64,000 nt of DNA from an uncultured delta proteobacterium (GTDB taxonomy: Bacteria > Desulfobacterota > Syntrophia > Syntrophales > UBA5619): NCBI GenBank assembly GCA_963817385.1, contig CAWFOM010000031.1, positions 136,452-200,451 on the forward strand. Reading direction: 5' to 3'. Positions within the stretch are counted from its first letter, which is position 1; every line of letters begins with the position of its first letter. The notes under the pieces are model-generated. The model saw only the letters and a list, made by a program, of their open reading frames with translations, was not told the origin of the DNA and ran no database searches. Shown in pieces: positions 39,399-49,866 of this stretch. The position numbers and the translations under genes are program-made.

Positions 39399-41306
39399 AT
39401 GATGGAAAATGCGTTTTATATCACGACGCCGATCTACTATGTGAACGCCTCACCCCACATCGGGCATGCCTATACGACCATCGTCGCCGACGTTCTGGCC
39501 CGCTACCACCGCCTGAAAGGCGTCCGGACCTTCTTCACGACCGGAACGGACGAGCACGGCGACAAGATCGCCGAGGCCGCCCGGAAGGCCGGCGTGACCC
39601 CGCAGGAGTACGCGGACAGGATCAGCGCCCAGTTCAGGAATCTCTGGCCGGAGCTCGCGGTTACGAACGATTACTTCATCCGGACGACCGATCCGAACCA
39701 TGTCGAAACGGTCCGGCGGATCCTCCAGAAGGTCCATGATTCAGGGGATATCTATTTCGGTCAATATGAGGGGTATTATTGCGTCGGCTGCGAACGCTTC
39801 TATATGGAAAAGGAGCTTCTCGACGGCAAGTGCCCCCAGCATGAAACGGTTCCCGAACACCGCAAGGAGAGCAACTACTTCTTCCGGATGAGCAAATACC
39901 AGAAGTGGCTCATCGACCACATCGAGGAAAACCCGGACTTCATCCGTCCGGAGCGCTATCGGAACGAGGCGCTGGCGTTTTTGCGCGACCCCCTGGAGGA
40001 TCTCTGCATCTCCCGGCCGAAGAGCCGCCTTACCTGGGGAATCACACTCCCGTTCGACGAAAACTACGTGACCTACGTCTGGTTCGACGCCCTGATCAAC
40101 TACGTCACGGCGGTCGGGTACCCGGACAGCGACAACTTTCGGACCTTCTGGCCCGTGGCCGAGCATCTGATCGCCAAGGACATCCTGAAACCCCACGGGA
40201 TTTACTGGCCCACGATGCTCAAGGCAGCCGGGATCGAGCCCTACCGGCATCTCAACGTCCACGGCTACTGGAACGTCGAGAAGAGCAAGATGTCCAAGAG
40301 CCTGGGGAATGTCGTCAAGCCTCTGGAACTCAAGGACAAGTACGGACTCGATCCCTTCCGGTACTTTCTGCTCAGGGACATGGTCTTCGGCCTCGATTCG
40401 AGCTTCTCCGAGGAGGCATTCGTCCAGCGGATCAACTCCGACCTGGCCAATGATCTCGGCAACCTCGTCAGCCGGACGATGACGATGGCCGTCAAGTACG
40501 CGGACGGCCGCGTCCCGGATCCCACTCGCCCCGATGATGCGGACCGCATCCTGGGGGAAACGGCCGCCCGGACCGTCGCCGAGGTGGAACTGGGCTTCGC
40601 GGAACTCGGCCTCCACAAGGCGCTGATCGCGATCTGGGAGTTCATCAACGTCACCAACAAGTACATCGTCGAGCGGGAGCCCTGGGTCCTGGCGAAGGAT
40701 CCGGCAAACCGGGGGCGTCTGGAGACGATCATCTATAACCTTCTGGAGGCCCTCCGGATCACGGCGGTCCTCATCTCCCCCTTCATGCCGGGTTCGGCGG
40801 CAAAGATGATGGATCAACTCGGTATTCCCGACGCCGCCGGCCAGAATTTTGAAAGTATCAAGATTTGGGGCGGTCTGAAGGTCGGAAATGGTTTGAAGCG
40901 GGGGGAATCACTCTTCCCCCGGGTGGAGCTCAAGACGGAGGAAGCCGGCCCGGAGGCCGTCAAGGCCGAGGTTCCGCCGATCAAACCGGAGATCTCCTAC
41001 GAAGAGTTCGAGAAGGTGGACCTCCGGGCGGCGAAGGTGATCGCCGCCGAGCGGGTCCCCAAATCGAACAAGCTCCTGAAGCTGACGGTCGAAATCGACG
41101 GGGAGCGGCAGATCGTCGCCGGGATGGGGAAGGATTACACCCCGGAGGAGATCGTCGGCAAGACCATCGTCGTCGTCGCCAACCTCAAGCCCGCGAAGCT
41201 GATGGGCGTCGAATCCCGCGGCATGCTCCTGGCCACCGACACCGAAGAGGGGCTCACCCTCATCGGCTTCGACCGCCCCCCGAAGACCGGCGCCAAGATC
41301 CACTGA
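39399..41306 (+). CDS. metG: methionine--tRNA ligase with C-terminal tRNA-binding domain
   Basis: TTPIYYVN, HIGH, GTDEHG, YVWFDAL, KMSKS, VANLKPAKLMGVESRGM. Confidence 0.97.
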   Translation: MMENAFYITTPIYYVNASPHIGHAYTTIVADVLARYHRLKGVRTFFTTGTDEHGDKIAEAARKAGVTPQEYADRISAQFRNLWPELAVTNDYFIRTTDPNHVETVRRILQKVHDSGDIYFGQYEGYYCVGCERFYMEKELLDGKCPQHETVPEHRKESNYFFRMSKYQKWLIDHIEENPDFIRPERYRNEALAFLRDPLEDLCISRPKSRLTWGITLPFDENYVTYVWFDALINYVTAVGYPDSDNFRTFWPVAEHLIAKDILKPHGIYWPTMLKAAGIEPYRHLNVHGYWNVEKSKMSKSLGNVVKPLELKDKYGLDPFRYFLLRDMVFGLDSSFSEEAFVQRINSDLANDLGNLVSRTMTMAVKYADGRVPDPTRPDDADRILGETAARTVAEVELGFAELGLHKALIAIWEFINVTNKYIVEREPWVLAKDPANRGRLETIIYNLLEALRITAVLISPFMPGSAAKMMDQLGIPDAAGQNFESIKIWGGLKVGNGLKRGESLFPRVELKTEEAGPEAVKAEVPPIKPEISYEEFEKVDLRAAKVIAAERVPKSNKLLKLTVEIDGERQIVAGMGKDYTPEEIVGKTIVVVANLKPAKLMGVESRGMLLATDTEEGLTLIGFDRPPKTGAKIH

Positions 41307-41509
41307 AAAATCGGCAACTCCTTCGCCAAATTGGTCGATCCCCGCGCGGGAATCTCATCACCCGCCGTCACCCGTCCTGTCTCAGCGCGATGCGCCGGGA
41401 CAAAATCTCACGGGATAAAATCTCCTTGACATACAGAGACGCTTTCCGTAACCTCAGCCCGCGTAAAAGCAACTTTTTATCAGTAAAAACCGAAACGGAA
41501 GGCGGAAGG

Positions 41510-43214
41510 ATGCGGGAATCCTCCAGGAAGCGGATCCTGTTACAGCTGGCATTGTTCTTTGTATCCCTCAGCGTCGCGCATGCGGCTCCTCCCGCCGTTC
41601 TGGTCCTCGAAGATAAACCCTCGTACGATTTATCCGGGCATTTGGAAATCCTTACGGATCCGACCCGCAAACTTACGGTGCAAGATGCCGCCCGTCGAAA
41701 CGATTGGTCCGGCCCCGTCCGTGAACAGGTTCCCAACCTCGGGTTCACGGGATCGGCGATATGGCTTCGTTTTTCCCTCTCCAATCGGGCGGATACCTCC
41801 CGGAAATTTTACCGTCTCCTTCGAATATCCGGTGGCGGATTCGGTCACCTGCTATACGGAAGGCCCGCGCGGCGTCTTCCATGAGGAGCGTGCGGGAGAC
41901 AGTGTTCCCGCATCGGCGCATGTGGTGCCTGACCGGCATTTCCTGTTTCCTCTCTCCATCGGTCCCGGCGAGACGGCCACGGTTTTTCTGCGGGTCCAAT
42001 CCACGGCCGGGATGACCCTTCCCATCCGGATTCTAACCGATCGGGGCCGGTCCCTGAAAGCGATGCGCGATTACACGGCGTACGGGATTCTTTTCGGATT
42101 CCTTGCGCTGGTTCTCGTGTATTTCATTGCCGTGGGCTGCTTGTATGAAGGAACCTGTCTCTGGTTCGCCCTGTACAGCGTCTTCTTCGGCCTTCACACG
42201 GCGGTGAGGGGTGGTTTCATACGCCTTCTCATACCGGACGAGTTGGTCGGAATCAACAATCTCCTCAATCTCTTGGTCATCGGCGGACTCTTTTTCACCG
42301 GAGCGAAGTTCTTCCGGGTATTCCTTTCCCTGAAGAACCATCCGAAATCCTTCGACCGGATCATGGCAGTTTTCCAATATCTGAGCATTCCGTTCGTTCT
42401 GCTTGCCTTGTTCCCCAACCCGTTCACAACCCTGATCTCCCTCATCCTGCTTGTCATAAATCCTGCTTTCTCGATCTGCCTTTCCTTTTATTTCTGGCGC
42501 ATAGGCATCTCGAATGCCGGCTATTTCGCATTCGGGTGGATGGCCGCACACTTCGTCTCCGTGTATGATTTTTTCCGGATCAACGGGATTCTCCCCTATC
42601 CTCCCTTCGGCGAATGGCCGATTCCGTTCTCCCTGCTGGTCGCCCTTCTCTTTTTCTCGGCTGCGCTCATCAGGCGAAACACTAACGACCTTCTCATGGC
42701 GAGAATCGACCCACTCACGAGCCTTGCAAACAGGAGAAAATTCGATGAGGCGCTCAGCGGCGAATGGAACCGATGCCTCCGGCAGCGCATTCCTCTGTCC
42801 CTCATCATGGCCGATGTGGATCACTTCAAGGATTACAACGATTCATTCGGCCATAAAGCCGGCGACCAGCGTTTGTGCCACATTGCCGACGCGATGAAAC
42901 GCCATGCACGGCGGGCCGGAGACCTGGCGGTTCGATACGGCGGCGAAGAATTCGTCCTGCTTCTTCCCAACCTCGATGCAGCAAGCGCCTTCAATCTGGC
43001 GGAATCGATCAGAAACTCCATGGAACACGCGGCAAAAGACAGGGGCAGCCAGCGTCCCGATGAAACCATCACCATCAGTTTCGGGGTTGCCACTACAGTG
43101 CCGAAGGAAGGGGGGAAACCGGAAAGCATCATCCTGGATGCCGACAGAGCCCTGTATGAAGCGAAACGCGGGGGGAGAAATCGCACCATTGCGAGCTCCC
43201 TTCCCGGAATCTGA
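41510..43214 (+). CDS. 7TM-DISM sensor diguanylate cyclase, frameshifted near 41812
   Basis: Signal peptide and 7TMR-DISMED2-like region (NLGFTGSAIWLRF), 7 TM segments, DPLT, NDSFGHKAGD, RAGD I-site, GGEEF. Confidence 0.85.
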
Positions 43215-43230
43215 AAGGATCGCCGCAACG

Positions 43231-43267
43231 AAAAAAGCCCGGGAAGAGATGAATACTCTTCCCAGGC
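43231..43267 (-). terminator. terminator for clpX-like gene
   Basis: AAAAAA-GCCCGGGAAGAG...CTCTTCCCAGGC between convergent genes. Confidence 0.7.
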
Positions 43268-43301
43268 ACCGTTCAGTTTCACCCGACCTTCCGAGGCCGT
43301 A

Positions 43302-45053
43302 TCAGCACTCCTGACGGTAGGCCTCCTGAATCAGGCAATTCAAGTAGTGTTCGGGATTCTCCACGCTCCCGGCGGGGATAAGGAATCGCCGTTTCCCCGT
43401 CTTTTCCCTGATCAGCTTCAGTCCATGGCCGTAATGATGGAGCGCCGTCTTCAGGTAATCCGCCGGCTCCTGATGCTCCTTCCAGACCTTTTCCGCCAGG
43501 GCATCCACGGCGCCGTCGGCGAATGAGACCTCCAAGTCGTTCCGCAGGGAGAATTGAGCGGCAAAATCCCGAACCGCCTGCTGGATGGCCTGCACCTCTT
43601 CAACCGCCACCTCGACATCGGTCTGCCGATCGATGGCGTGCCTGATGATGAGCCTGACCCTGTCATCCGAAAAAGGGATCCCGTACGTGGTCTCCCATTC
43701 GGGTATCTTCAGACCGATCAGCTTTTCCAGGCGCTCCTCCTCCTCCGCCATCAGACGACGAAAGGCCGCTTCCCGTTCCGGATCATCTCCATGGGCGAGG
43801 ATCTTGTCGAGTTCCCCGCCCGGATCGTCCACCATCGCTGGCGTAACCAGGAGGCAGCGGATATCGGTCGAGGGGAGCGTGTGTTCGAATTTCATCAGGA
43901 CGCGCTCCACGGCGCTGACGAGCCCTCGGGCCCCCGTCCGTTCCTTGGCTGCGTTTTCCGCAATCCTGCGGAGCGCCTCGTCCTCAAACTGAAGATCGAT
44001 GCCGTAGGCCTTGAAATCCCGTTTCTTTCCGACGAGGATCGGGCTCTTGGGGTTCTTGAGAATCTTGTAGAGATCCTCCGTCTCCAGATGCTCGAAGACG
44101 GTCACGACCGGCAGCCGGCCGACAAATTCCGACTCGAACCCGTACTGGATCAGATCCTCCGCCTTCACGTGCTTGAGGTGCTCGGCCTGCTCGTCCTTGA
44201 CCGGCATTTCCGCCCCGAAACCGATCCCCTTCTGGTGGCGCCGCCTGCCGACAATCTCGTCCAGACCGTTGAACGCCCCGCTCATGATGAATAGGATATG
44301 CTTGGTGCTGATCTTCTTCCTCTCCCGTTTGCCCGTCCGCTGGTACTCCTGCACGGCTTCCATCTGGGAGATCGGGTCATGGGGAACCTTCAGCTCCACT
44401 TCGGTTTCCTCCAGGGGCTTCAACAGGGCGCGCTGAACGCCCGAGCGGGAGACATCCGGACCGACCAGATTTCGCGATCCGGCCAGCTTGTCGACCTCGT
44501 CCAGATAGATGATCCCGTACTGGGCGAGTTCGATATTCCCCTTGGCCTCATGAACCAGATCCCGCACCAGATCCTCCACGTCGCCGCCCACGTACCCCGT
44601 TTCGCTGAATTTGGTCGCGTCGCCCTTGACGAAGGGGACGCCGATCTTATTGGCGATGAGCTTGACCAGGAACGTCTTCCCCACGCCCGTCGGACCGATC
44701 ATGATGATGTTATTCTTGATCTCGCCAACGGTCTCCGGCCGCTTTTTCCTGCGGTTCAGCTCAAATCTCTTGATCCGGTTGAAATGGGTGCAAATCTTGG
44801 TGGCAAGGACCTGCTTCGCATCATCCTGCCTGACCATGTACTCATCCAGATACGCCTTCAATTCCCCGGGTTTCATGTCGAAGTGGATGGATGCAACCGC
44901 GTCCCCGCTTTCCTTGGTTTCCTCTTCACCCTTTTCCCGTGAAGTCTCCGGAACCGTCCCGAAAGCCGCAACCTTGAATTTTATCCCATACTTCTTGGAG
45001 ATATACTCGCTGATATCCTTTTGTATCTCATCGATGTCTATATTTTTTCCCAT
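43302..45053 (-). CDS. ClpX-like AAA+ ATPase without Zn finger, with C-terminal extension
   Basis: GPTGVGKT, GYVG pore loop, YLDEVDK, GIGFG ClpP-docking loop, EFVGRLP, TGARGL. Confidence 0.85.
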   Translation of the reverse strand: MGKNIDIDEIQKDISEYISKKYGIKFKVAAFGTVPETSREKGEEETKESGDAVASIHFDMKPGELKAYLDEYMVRQDDAKQVLATKICTHFNRIKRFELNRRKKRPETVGEIKNNIIMIGPTGVGKTFLVKLIANKIGVPFVKGDATKFSETGYVGGDVEDLVRDLVHEAKGNIELAQYGIIYLDEVDKLAGSRNLVGPDVSRSGVQRALLKPLEETEVELKVPHDPISQMEAVQEYQRTGKRERKKISTKHILFIMSGAFNGLDEIVGRRRHQKGIGFGAEMPVKDEQAEHLKHVKAEDLIQYGFESEFVGRLPVVTVFEHLETEDLYKILKNPKSPILVGKKRDFKAYGIDLQFEDEALRRIAENAAKERTGARGLVSAVERVLMKFEHTLPSTDIRCLLVTPAMVDDPGGELDKILAHGDDPEREAAFRRLMAEEEERLEKLIGLKIPEWETTYGIPFSDDRVRLIIRHAIDRQTDVEVAVEEVQAIQQAVRDFAAQFSLRNDLEVSFADGAVDALAEKVWKEHQEPADYLKTALHHYGHGLKLIREKTGKRRFLIPAGSVENPEHYLNCLIQEAYRQEC

Positions 45054-45292
45054 ATGATAAGGTTAGCCTCTCTTTTTGATTTCCTGTATAAACAATATAA
45101 TCACGATTTTTCCATATTCAAGCGGCCGGGAATCATCCTGTTCAAGAGCCTTGCCTGCCCGACGCTGGATGTGAGAATCTCCGAAGTCCGGATCGAAAGG
45201 AAAGGGATATACGCCTCATTGACGACGGGAACAGCTCCGCCACACCGGCCGTCCTGTATCGTTAGGCTGTAAGGTTTTGTGGAGCAGGTTGT

Positions 45293-45590
45293 TCACCGGT
45301 CGCCCCGGCCCCGGGTGCTCTCGAGATTGTGGACGTGCACATGCCGGCCGGCGACCGATGCTCTCGGTGGCTACGCCGATCGGCTCGCCGTATTTGATGA
45401 TGAACTCGCCCCGGGGGATGTCACGGATCGCGAATTTATGGCCGAAGCGGATCTTTTCCATGACCCGGATGACGATCTTTTCGTCCCCGACCGCGAGGGC
45501 GACCTCCGTCTGAGGATCGATATCCTCCAGGACCGTGGCCACGTTATCGGCCGCGTTTATCACCAGCGCCTTCGCTTTACCCGTGCCCAT
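45293..45590 (-). CDS. UxaA/SuyA-type SAF-domain small subunit, frameshifted near 45355
   Basis: DNVATVL, GHKFA, IKYGEPIG; removing one G restores HVHVHNLESTRGRGDR*. Confidence 0.82.
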
Positions 45591-45609
45591 GAACAGTTCC
45601 TTTCCGCGG

Positions 45610-46773
45610 TCAGATGGTCGGCCCGATCCGTTTGATGGCAAAATCGTTGAATCCCAGGATCTCGGTCTTGGTGAGCCTGCCCGACGCGACCCGGATGATC
45701 TCGGCAAAGAGCCGCTTCCCCGCCTCCCGGATGGACTCGTCCCCGGTGATGATGGTGCCGACATTCATGTCCATGTTGTCCTGCATGGCCTGGTACATGG
45801 CCGTGTTGCTGGCGACCTTGAGCGTGGGGGCGATAGGCGAGCCGCAGCAGGTGCCGCGTCCGGTGGTGAAGGCGACCAGTTGGCAGCCGCCTGCCACCAT
45901 ACCGGTGATCTGTTCGATGTCGTGTCCCGGTGTATCCATCCAGACGAGACCCTTTTTCGTCACCGGCATGGCGTAATCGATAACGTCCTGGAGGGGTTTC
46001 GTCCCCGCCTTGTGGACGCAGCCAAGGGATTTTTCCTCGATAGAGGAGAGGCCCCCCTCGATGTTGCCGGGGGTCGGCTGGCTCCCCCGCATGTCCACCC
46101 CCATGGCTTTGACCTCATCCTCGCAGCAGCGGATCACCTCGTAACAACGGGCCGCAACCTCCGGGTTCACGGCCCGGGCAGCCACCAGATGCTCGGCGCC
46201 GATCAGCTCCGTCGTTTCGGCGAGGATGACGCTGCCCCCCGCCTCGATCATGAGGTCGCTCGCCACTCCCAGGGCGGGGTTGGCGGAGATCCCGGAGCAG
46301 GCGTCCGACCCACCGCATTCGAGTCCCAGGATCAGCTCCCCGGCGTCGATCGGCTCCCTGTCGAGGCCCGACGCATCGCCGACCATTGCCGCCGCGGCCG
46401 CCGCTCCCGCCGCCGTGGCCTTGACCGATCCCCCTTCCTCCTGGATGATTACCAGATGAACGGGTTTACCGGGACAGGCGGCCAGGATCTCCGCAGCGAT
46501 ATCCTGACCCCGCAGCATCTCGCAACCGAGACCGACGACTACGGCACCGTACACATTGGGATGGGCGCCATGGGCGACCAGGACGCGCTTCGAGAGTTCC
46601 GCGTCGACCCCGAGCTGGCCGCACCCGTGCTGATGCTCGACCCAGGTCGTCCCCGTCACCAGCTGGGCGATGCCCCGGGCCACCCGGTTGGCACAGACCA
46701 CGACGGGGAGGATGAGGACATGATTGCGGATGCCAACGGCGCCGTTCGACCGGCGATAACCCATGATTTCCAT
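45610..46773 (-). CDS. UxaA/SuyB-type dehydratase/sulfo-lyase large subunit
   Basis: GYRRSNGAVGIRN, HQHGCGQ, GLGCE, ECGGSD, NPALG, GNIEGGLSSIEEKSLG, FTTGRG. Confidence 0.9.
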   Translation of the reverse strand: MEIMGYRRSNGAVGIRNHVLILPVVVCANRVARGIAQLVTGTTWVEHQHGCGQLGVDAELSKRVLVAHGAHPNVYGAVVVGLGCEMLRGQDIAAEILAACPGKPVHLVIIQEEGGSVKATAAGAAAAAAMVGDASGLDREPIDAGELILGLECGGSDACSGISANPALGVASDLMIEAGGSVILAETTELIGAEHLVAARAVNPEVAARCYEVIRCCEDEVKAMGVDMRGSQPTPGNIEGGLSSIEEKSLGCVHKAGTKPLQDVIDYAMPVTKKGLVWMDTPGHDIEQITGMVAGGCQLVAFTTGRGTCCGSPIAPTLKVASNTAMYQAMQDNMDMNVGTIITGDESIREAGKRLFAEIIRVASGRLTKTEILGFNDFAIKRIGPTI

Positions 46774-47085
46774 ATAATACGCCTCTATGGACGATGCTGT
46801 TCCCCGGATGTTTAGGATACCCCTGAATGGACCGAACCTTGTTTTTATGTGGGCTGAGGATAGGGAAAGCTGCCCTGTCTGTCAAGGATATTTTGTCTCC
46901 ATTTCATTCCTTATTGCCTTTTTCCGTGATCGGGTGTATGCGTACCTGCACGCCTTCCCATGCTTGTTTTAGAACGGATAGTACTCCCCAAAAGGGAAAT
47001 AGAGACAAATTTGACCAGGCAGTGTTTCGTCGTTCCGTCGCGGAACACAGCGTGCCCGGAATGATGTGCAGGAAGGAGGAAGAAA

Positions 47086-47937
47086 ATGGCCGAACACACC
47101 AAGGTCACGATCCCCTATCTGAAAGAAAAAAAGGCCCAGGGGAAACCCATCGTCATGTTGACCGCCTATGATTTTCCGATCGCGACGATCGAGGACGAGA
47201 TCGGCGTCGACATCATCCTCTGCGGCGATTCCCTGGGGATGACCGTCTACGGCTTTTCCGGGACTAACCCGGTCACGATGGATCTCATGATACCTCATTC
47301 AGCGGCGGTCAAACGCGGGGCGCCGCACAGCTTCGTCATCGGTGACATGCCCTTCATGTCCTACCAGGCTTCCGATGAACTGGCCGTCCTCAATGCCGGC
47401 CGCTTCATCCAGGAGAGCGGCGTCGACGGCGTCAAGATGGAGGGCGGCGAGGAGATGGCCGACCGGGTCCGCGCCATCAGCCGCGCCGGGATCGCCGTGA
47501 TGGGGCATCTCGGCCTCACACCCCAGTCCGTATCGGCCCTGGGGGGGTTCAAGGCCCAGGGGAGAAACGTCGCCGGCGCCCTCAAGCTGATCAACGATGC
47601 CAGGATCATCGAAGAGGCAGGCGCCTTCAGCATCCTCCTGGAGGCGATCCCTTCCGAGATCGGCCAGATCATTACGGAGCGGACCGAGATTCCTATTATC
47701 GGCATCGGGGCGGGGCCTTATACGGACGGCCAGGTCCTGGTCGTGCACGACGCCCTGGGTTTCTTCAAGGGACATAAGGCGAAATTTGTCAAACAGTACT
47801 GCAATTTGAACGAAATCATCCGAAAAGCCCTGCAGGAATACCAGCAGGATCTGGCAGACAAGATCTATCCCGCGTCGGAGCACTGCTACGGCATCGAGCC
47901 GGAAGTCCTCGAGGAGATTAAGAGCAAACTGAAGTAA
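47086..47937 (+). CDS. panB: 3-methyl-2-oxobutanoate hydroxymethyltransferase
   Basis: MLTAYD, GDSLGM, DMPFMSY, VKMEGG, GHLGLTPQ, IGIGAG, DGQVLV. Confidence 0.93.
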   Translation: MAEHTKVTIPYLKEKKAQGKPIVMLTAYDFPIATIEDEIGVDIILCGDSLGMTVYGFSGTNPVTMDLMIPHSAAVKRGAPHSFVIGDMPFMSYQASDELAVLNAGRFIQESGVDGVKMEGGEEMADRVRAISRAGIAVMGHLGLTPQSVSALGGFKAQGRNVAGALKLINDARIIEEAGAFSILLEAIPSEIGQIITERTEIPIIGIGAGPYTDGQVLVVHDALGFFKGHKAKFVKQYCNLNEIIRKALQEYQQDLADKIYPASEHCYGIEPEVLEEIKSKLK

Positions 47938-47959
47938 CCATCCACCCGGGGATAAGCGC

Positions 47960-48169
47960 TTGGAGACACGGTCCATTCGCCTTAAATACGGCGAGGGGGA
48001 GGTGACGTTTTCCCTTCCCGCGGAGCAGATTACCTGTGAGGTGGTCGGGAAGGATTACCCGGCCATTCATGACATCCCCGGGGCCATCCGCTTAGCGCTG
48101 GAGAAGCCCATCGACTCCCCTCCGTTGCGGGAACTGCGTTGCATCGGTATGATGGTTCAACCCCGATAA
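47960..48169 (+). pseudogene. N-terminal fragment of a LarA-family racemase
   Basis: IRLKYGEGEVTFSLP...AIRLALEKPIDSPPLREL parallels the N-terminus of the intact LarA at 54764 (VQLPYG...ALAAPIGALPLREQ); similarity stops near 48136. Confidence 0.75.
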
Positions 48170-48215
48170 ACAGGGCAGGTTTCTTATATAAATCAATCAC
48201 GGAGGAGGAATCTCT

Positions 48216-49202
48216 ATGAAAAGAGTTTTACTGTTGGGTTTCGCAGTCCTGGCGTTTACCTGGATCGGGCCGGCCGCGGCGGCGGAGTACAAGGCCACGT
48301 GGAAGCTGGCGTCCACCCAAAGCATGGATCACCCCTACATGGTCGGGGCGCAGAAATTCGCCGACCTGATAAAGGAGAGGACCAATGGGCGCATCACGGT
48401 CAAGCTCTATCCCAGCAACCAACTGGGTAAGGGTGAACGCGAGATGACCGAAGGGATCCAGCAGGGGGCGATCGACCTGCTGGTCACCTCCACCGGCCCC
48501 CTGGGCGGGTTCAGCCCCTCTATCAACATCCTGGATTTCCCTTTTCTTTTCAGAGATTTCAAACATGTGGACCTGGTCCTGGATGGCGCCATCGGTCAGA
48601 AACTCCTCAACGACTTCGGAAAGGCCAACATTAAGGCTCTGGCTTTCTGGGAAAACGGGTTCCGCCACCTGACCAACGCCAAAGGGCCGGTCAAGAAGGT
48701 CGAGGACGGCAAAGGGCTCAAGATCCGGACCATGGAAAACAAGGTGCACTTGGCGGCCTGGAAGGCCGCGGGGTTGAATCCCACCCCCATGGCCTGGGGG
48801 GAGGTATTCACGGCGCTCCAGCAGAGGGTCATTGACGGCCAGGAAAACCCGATCGCCGTCTATTACAGCAACAAGCTGTGGGACGCCGGCCAGAAGTACT
48901 TTTCGCTCAGCGCTCATGTGTACTCACCCTCCCCGTTTTTGATGAGCCCGAAGGCCTTCAACGACATGCCTAAGGAGGACCAACAGTTGGTCCTGAAGAC
49001 CGCTCGGGAAGTGGCCAAGTTCCAGCGCAAGCTCAACCGCGATGCCGAAGAGGCGAAGCTGCAGGATATGGCTAAAAAAGGGGTAACCGTGACGCGGGAC
49101 GTGGACCGCGAAAGCTTCAAGAAGGCGATGGCGCCGGTCTACGGCGAATTCAGTGCACAGTTCAGCAAGGCCGAAATCGAAGCCATCATGAACGCGAAGT
49201 AA
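48216..49202 (+). CDS. dctP: TRAP solute-binding protein DctP
   Basis: Signal peptide, YPSNQLG, WENGFRH, KIRT (carboxylate Arg), IDGQEN. Confidence 0.92.
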   Translation: MKRVLLLGFAVLAFTWIGPAAAAEYKATWKLASTQSMDHPYMVGAQKFADLIKERTNGRITVKLYPSNQLGKGEREMTEGIQQGAIDLLVTSTGPLGGFSPSINILDFPFLFRDFKHVDLVLDGAIGQKLLNDFGKANIKALAFWENGFRHLTNAKGPVKKVEDGKGLKIRTMENKVHLAAWKAAGLNPTPMAWGEVFTALQQRVIDGQENPIAVYYSNKLWDAGQKYFSLSAHVYSPSPFLMSPKAFNDMPKEDQQLVLKTAREVAKFQRKLNRDAEEAKLQDMAKKGVTVTRDVDRESFKKAMAPVYGEFSAQFSKAEIEAIMNAK

Positions 49203-49246
49203 TCTTGTCGTCGCTATAAAAGAGTCCATACGACTCCTTGTGCTTC

Positions 49247-49284
49247 ATCCCGATCGCTGCGGCGTACGCCGCAGCGATCGGGAT
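49247..49284. repeat. perfect 38-bp palindrome between dctP and dctQ
   Basis: ATCCCGATCGCTGCGGCGT|ACGCCGCAGCGATCGGGAT. Confidence 0.9.
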
Positions 49285-49374
49285 CTGCATGCAAGGGGGT
49301 GCGTTCCTGGAAGGACGCCTCCTGAACTTTTGTAAGGGAGCGGCCTTTTTGTTATTGGTTACGGGAGAAGCGTC

Positions 49375-49866
49375 ATGCGGACGCTCCAGCGGTTCAACGA
49401 ATATCTGGTGACGGCGGGAAGTTGGGGAACGATCCTGTTTATGGTCGTCATTGCCATTGTCGTTCCTTATGAAGTTATCGGACGCTACGTATTCCAGAAA
49501 ATGACCATCTGGTCCGGCGAGGTTTCGACCTATTCGCTCGTTTGGGCCTCGATGCTGGGCGGCGCCGTGGGGTTCAAAAAAGGCTACATGATCAGCATGA
49601 CGTCGGTTGTGGAGTCGGTCCCTCCGGTCATGGTGACCATTCTGAAGTGGTCGAGCTATCTCTGCTCGCTCTTTTTCTTCGGAGCCATGTTCGGTTACGG
49701 CCTCTTCCAGACCGTCTATAATGCTCGCCAGACCTCACCGGCCATCGGCCTGGTGATGAGCATTCCCTACGCCGCGCTTCCGACGGGTTTCTTCATCATG
49801 TTCTTTTTCATGCTGGAGGAATTCCTGATTTTCCTCGGCCTCGATCCGAAAGGAGAAGGCCGATGA
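49375..49866 (+). CDS. dctQ: TRAP small permease DctQ
   Basis: 4 TM segments, RYVF, WSGEV, QTSPAIG. Confidence 0.88.
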   Translation: MRTLQRFNEYLVTAGSWGTILFMVVIAIVVPYEVIGRYVFQKMTIWSGEVSTYSLVWASMLGGAVGFKKGYMISMTSVVESVPPVMVTILKWSSYLCSLFFFGAMFGYGLFQTVYNARQTSPAIGLVMSIPYAALPTGFFIMFFFMLEEFLIFLGLDPKGEGR

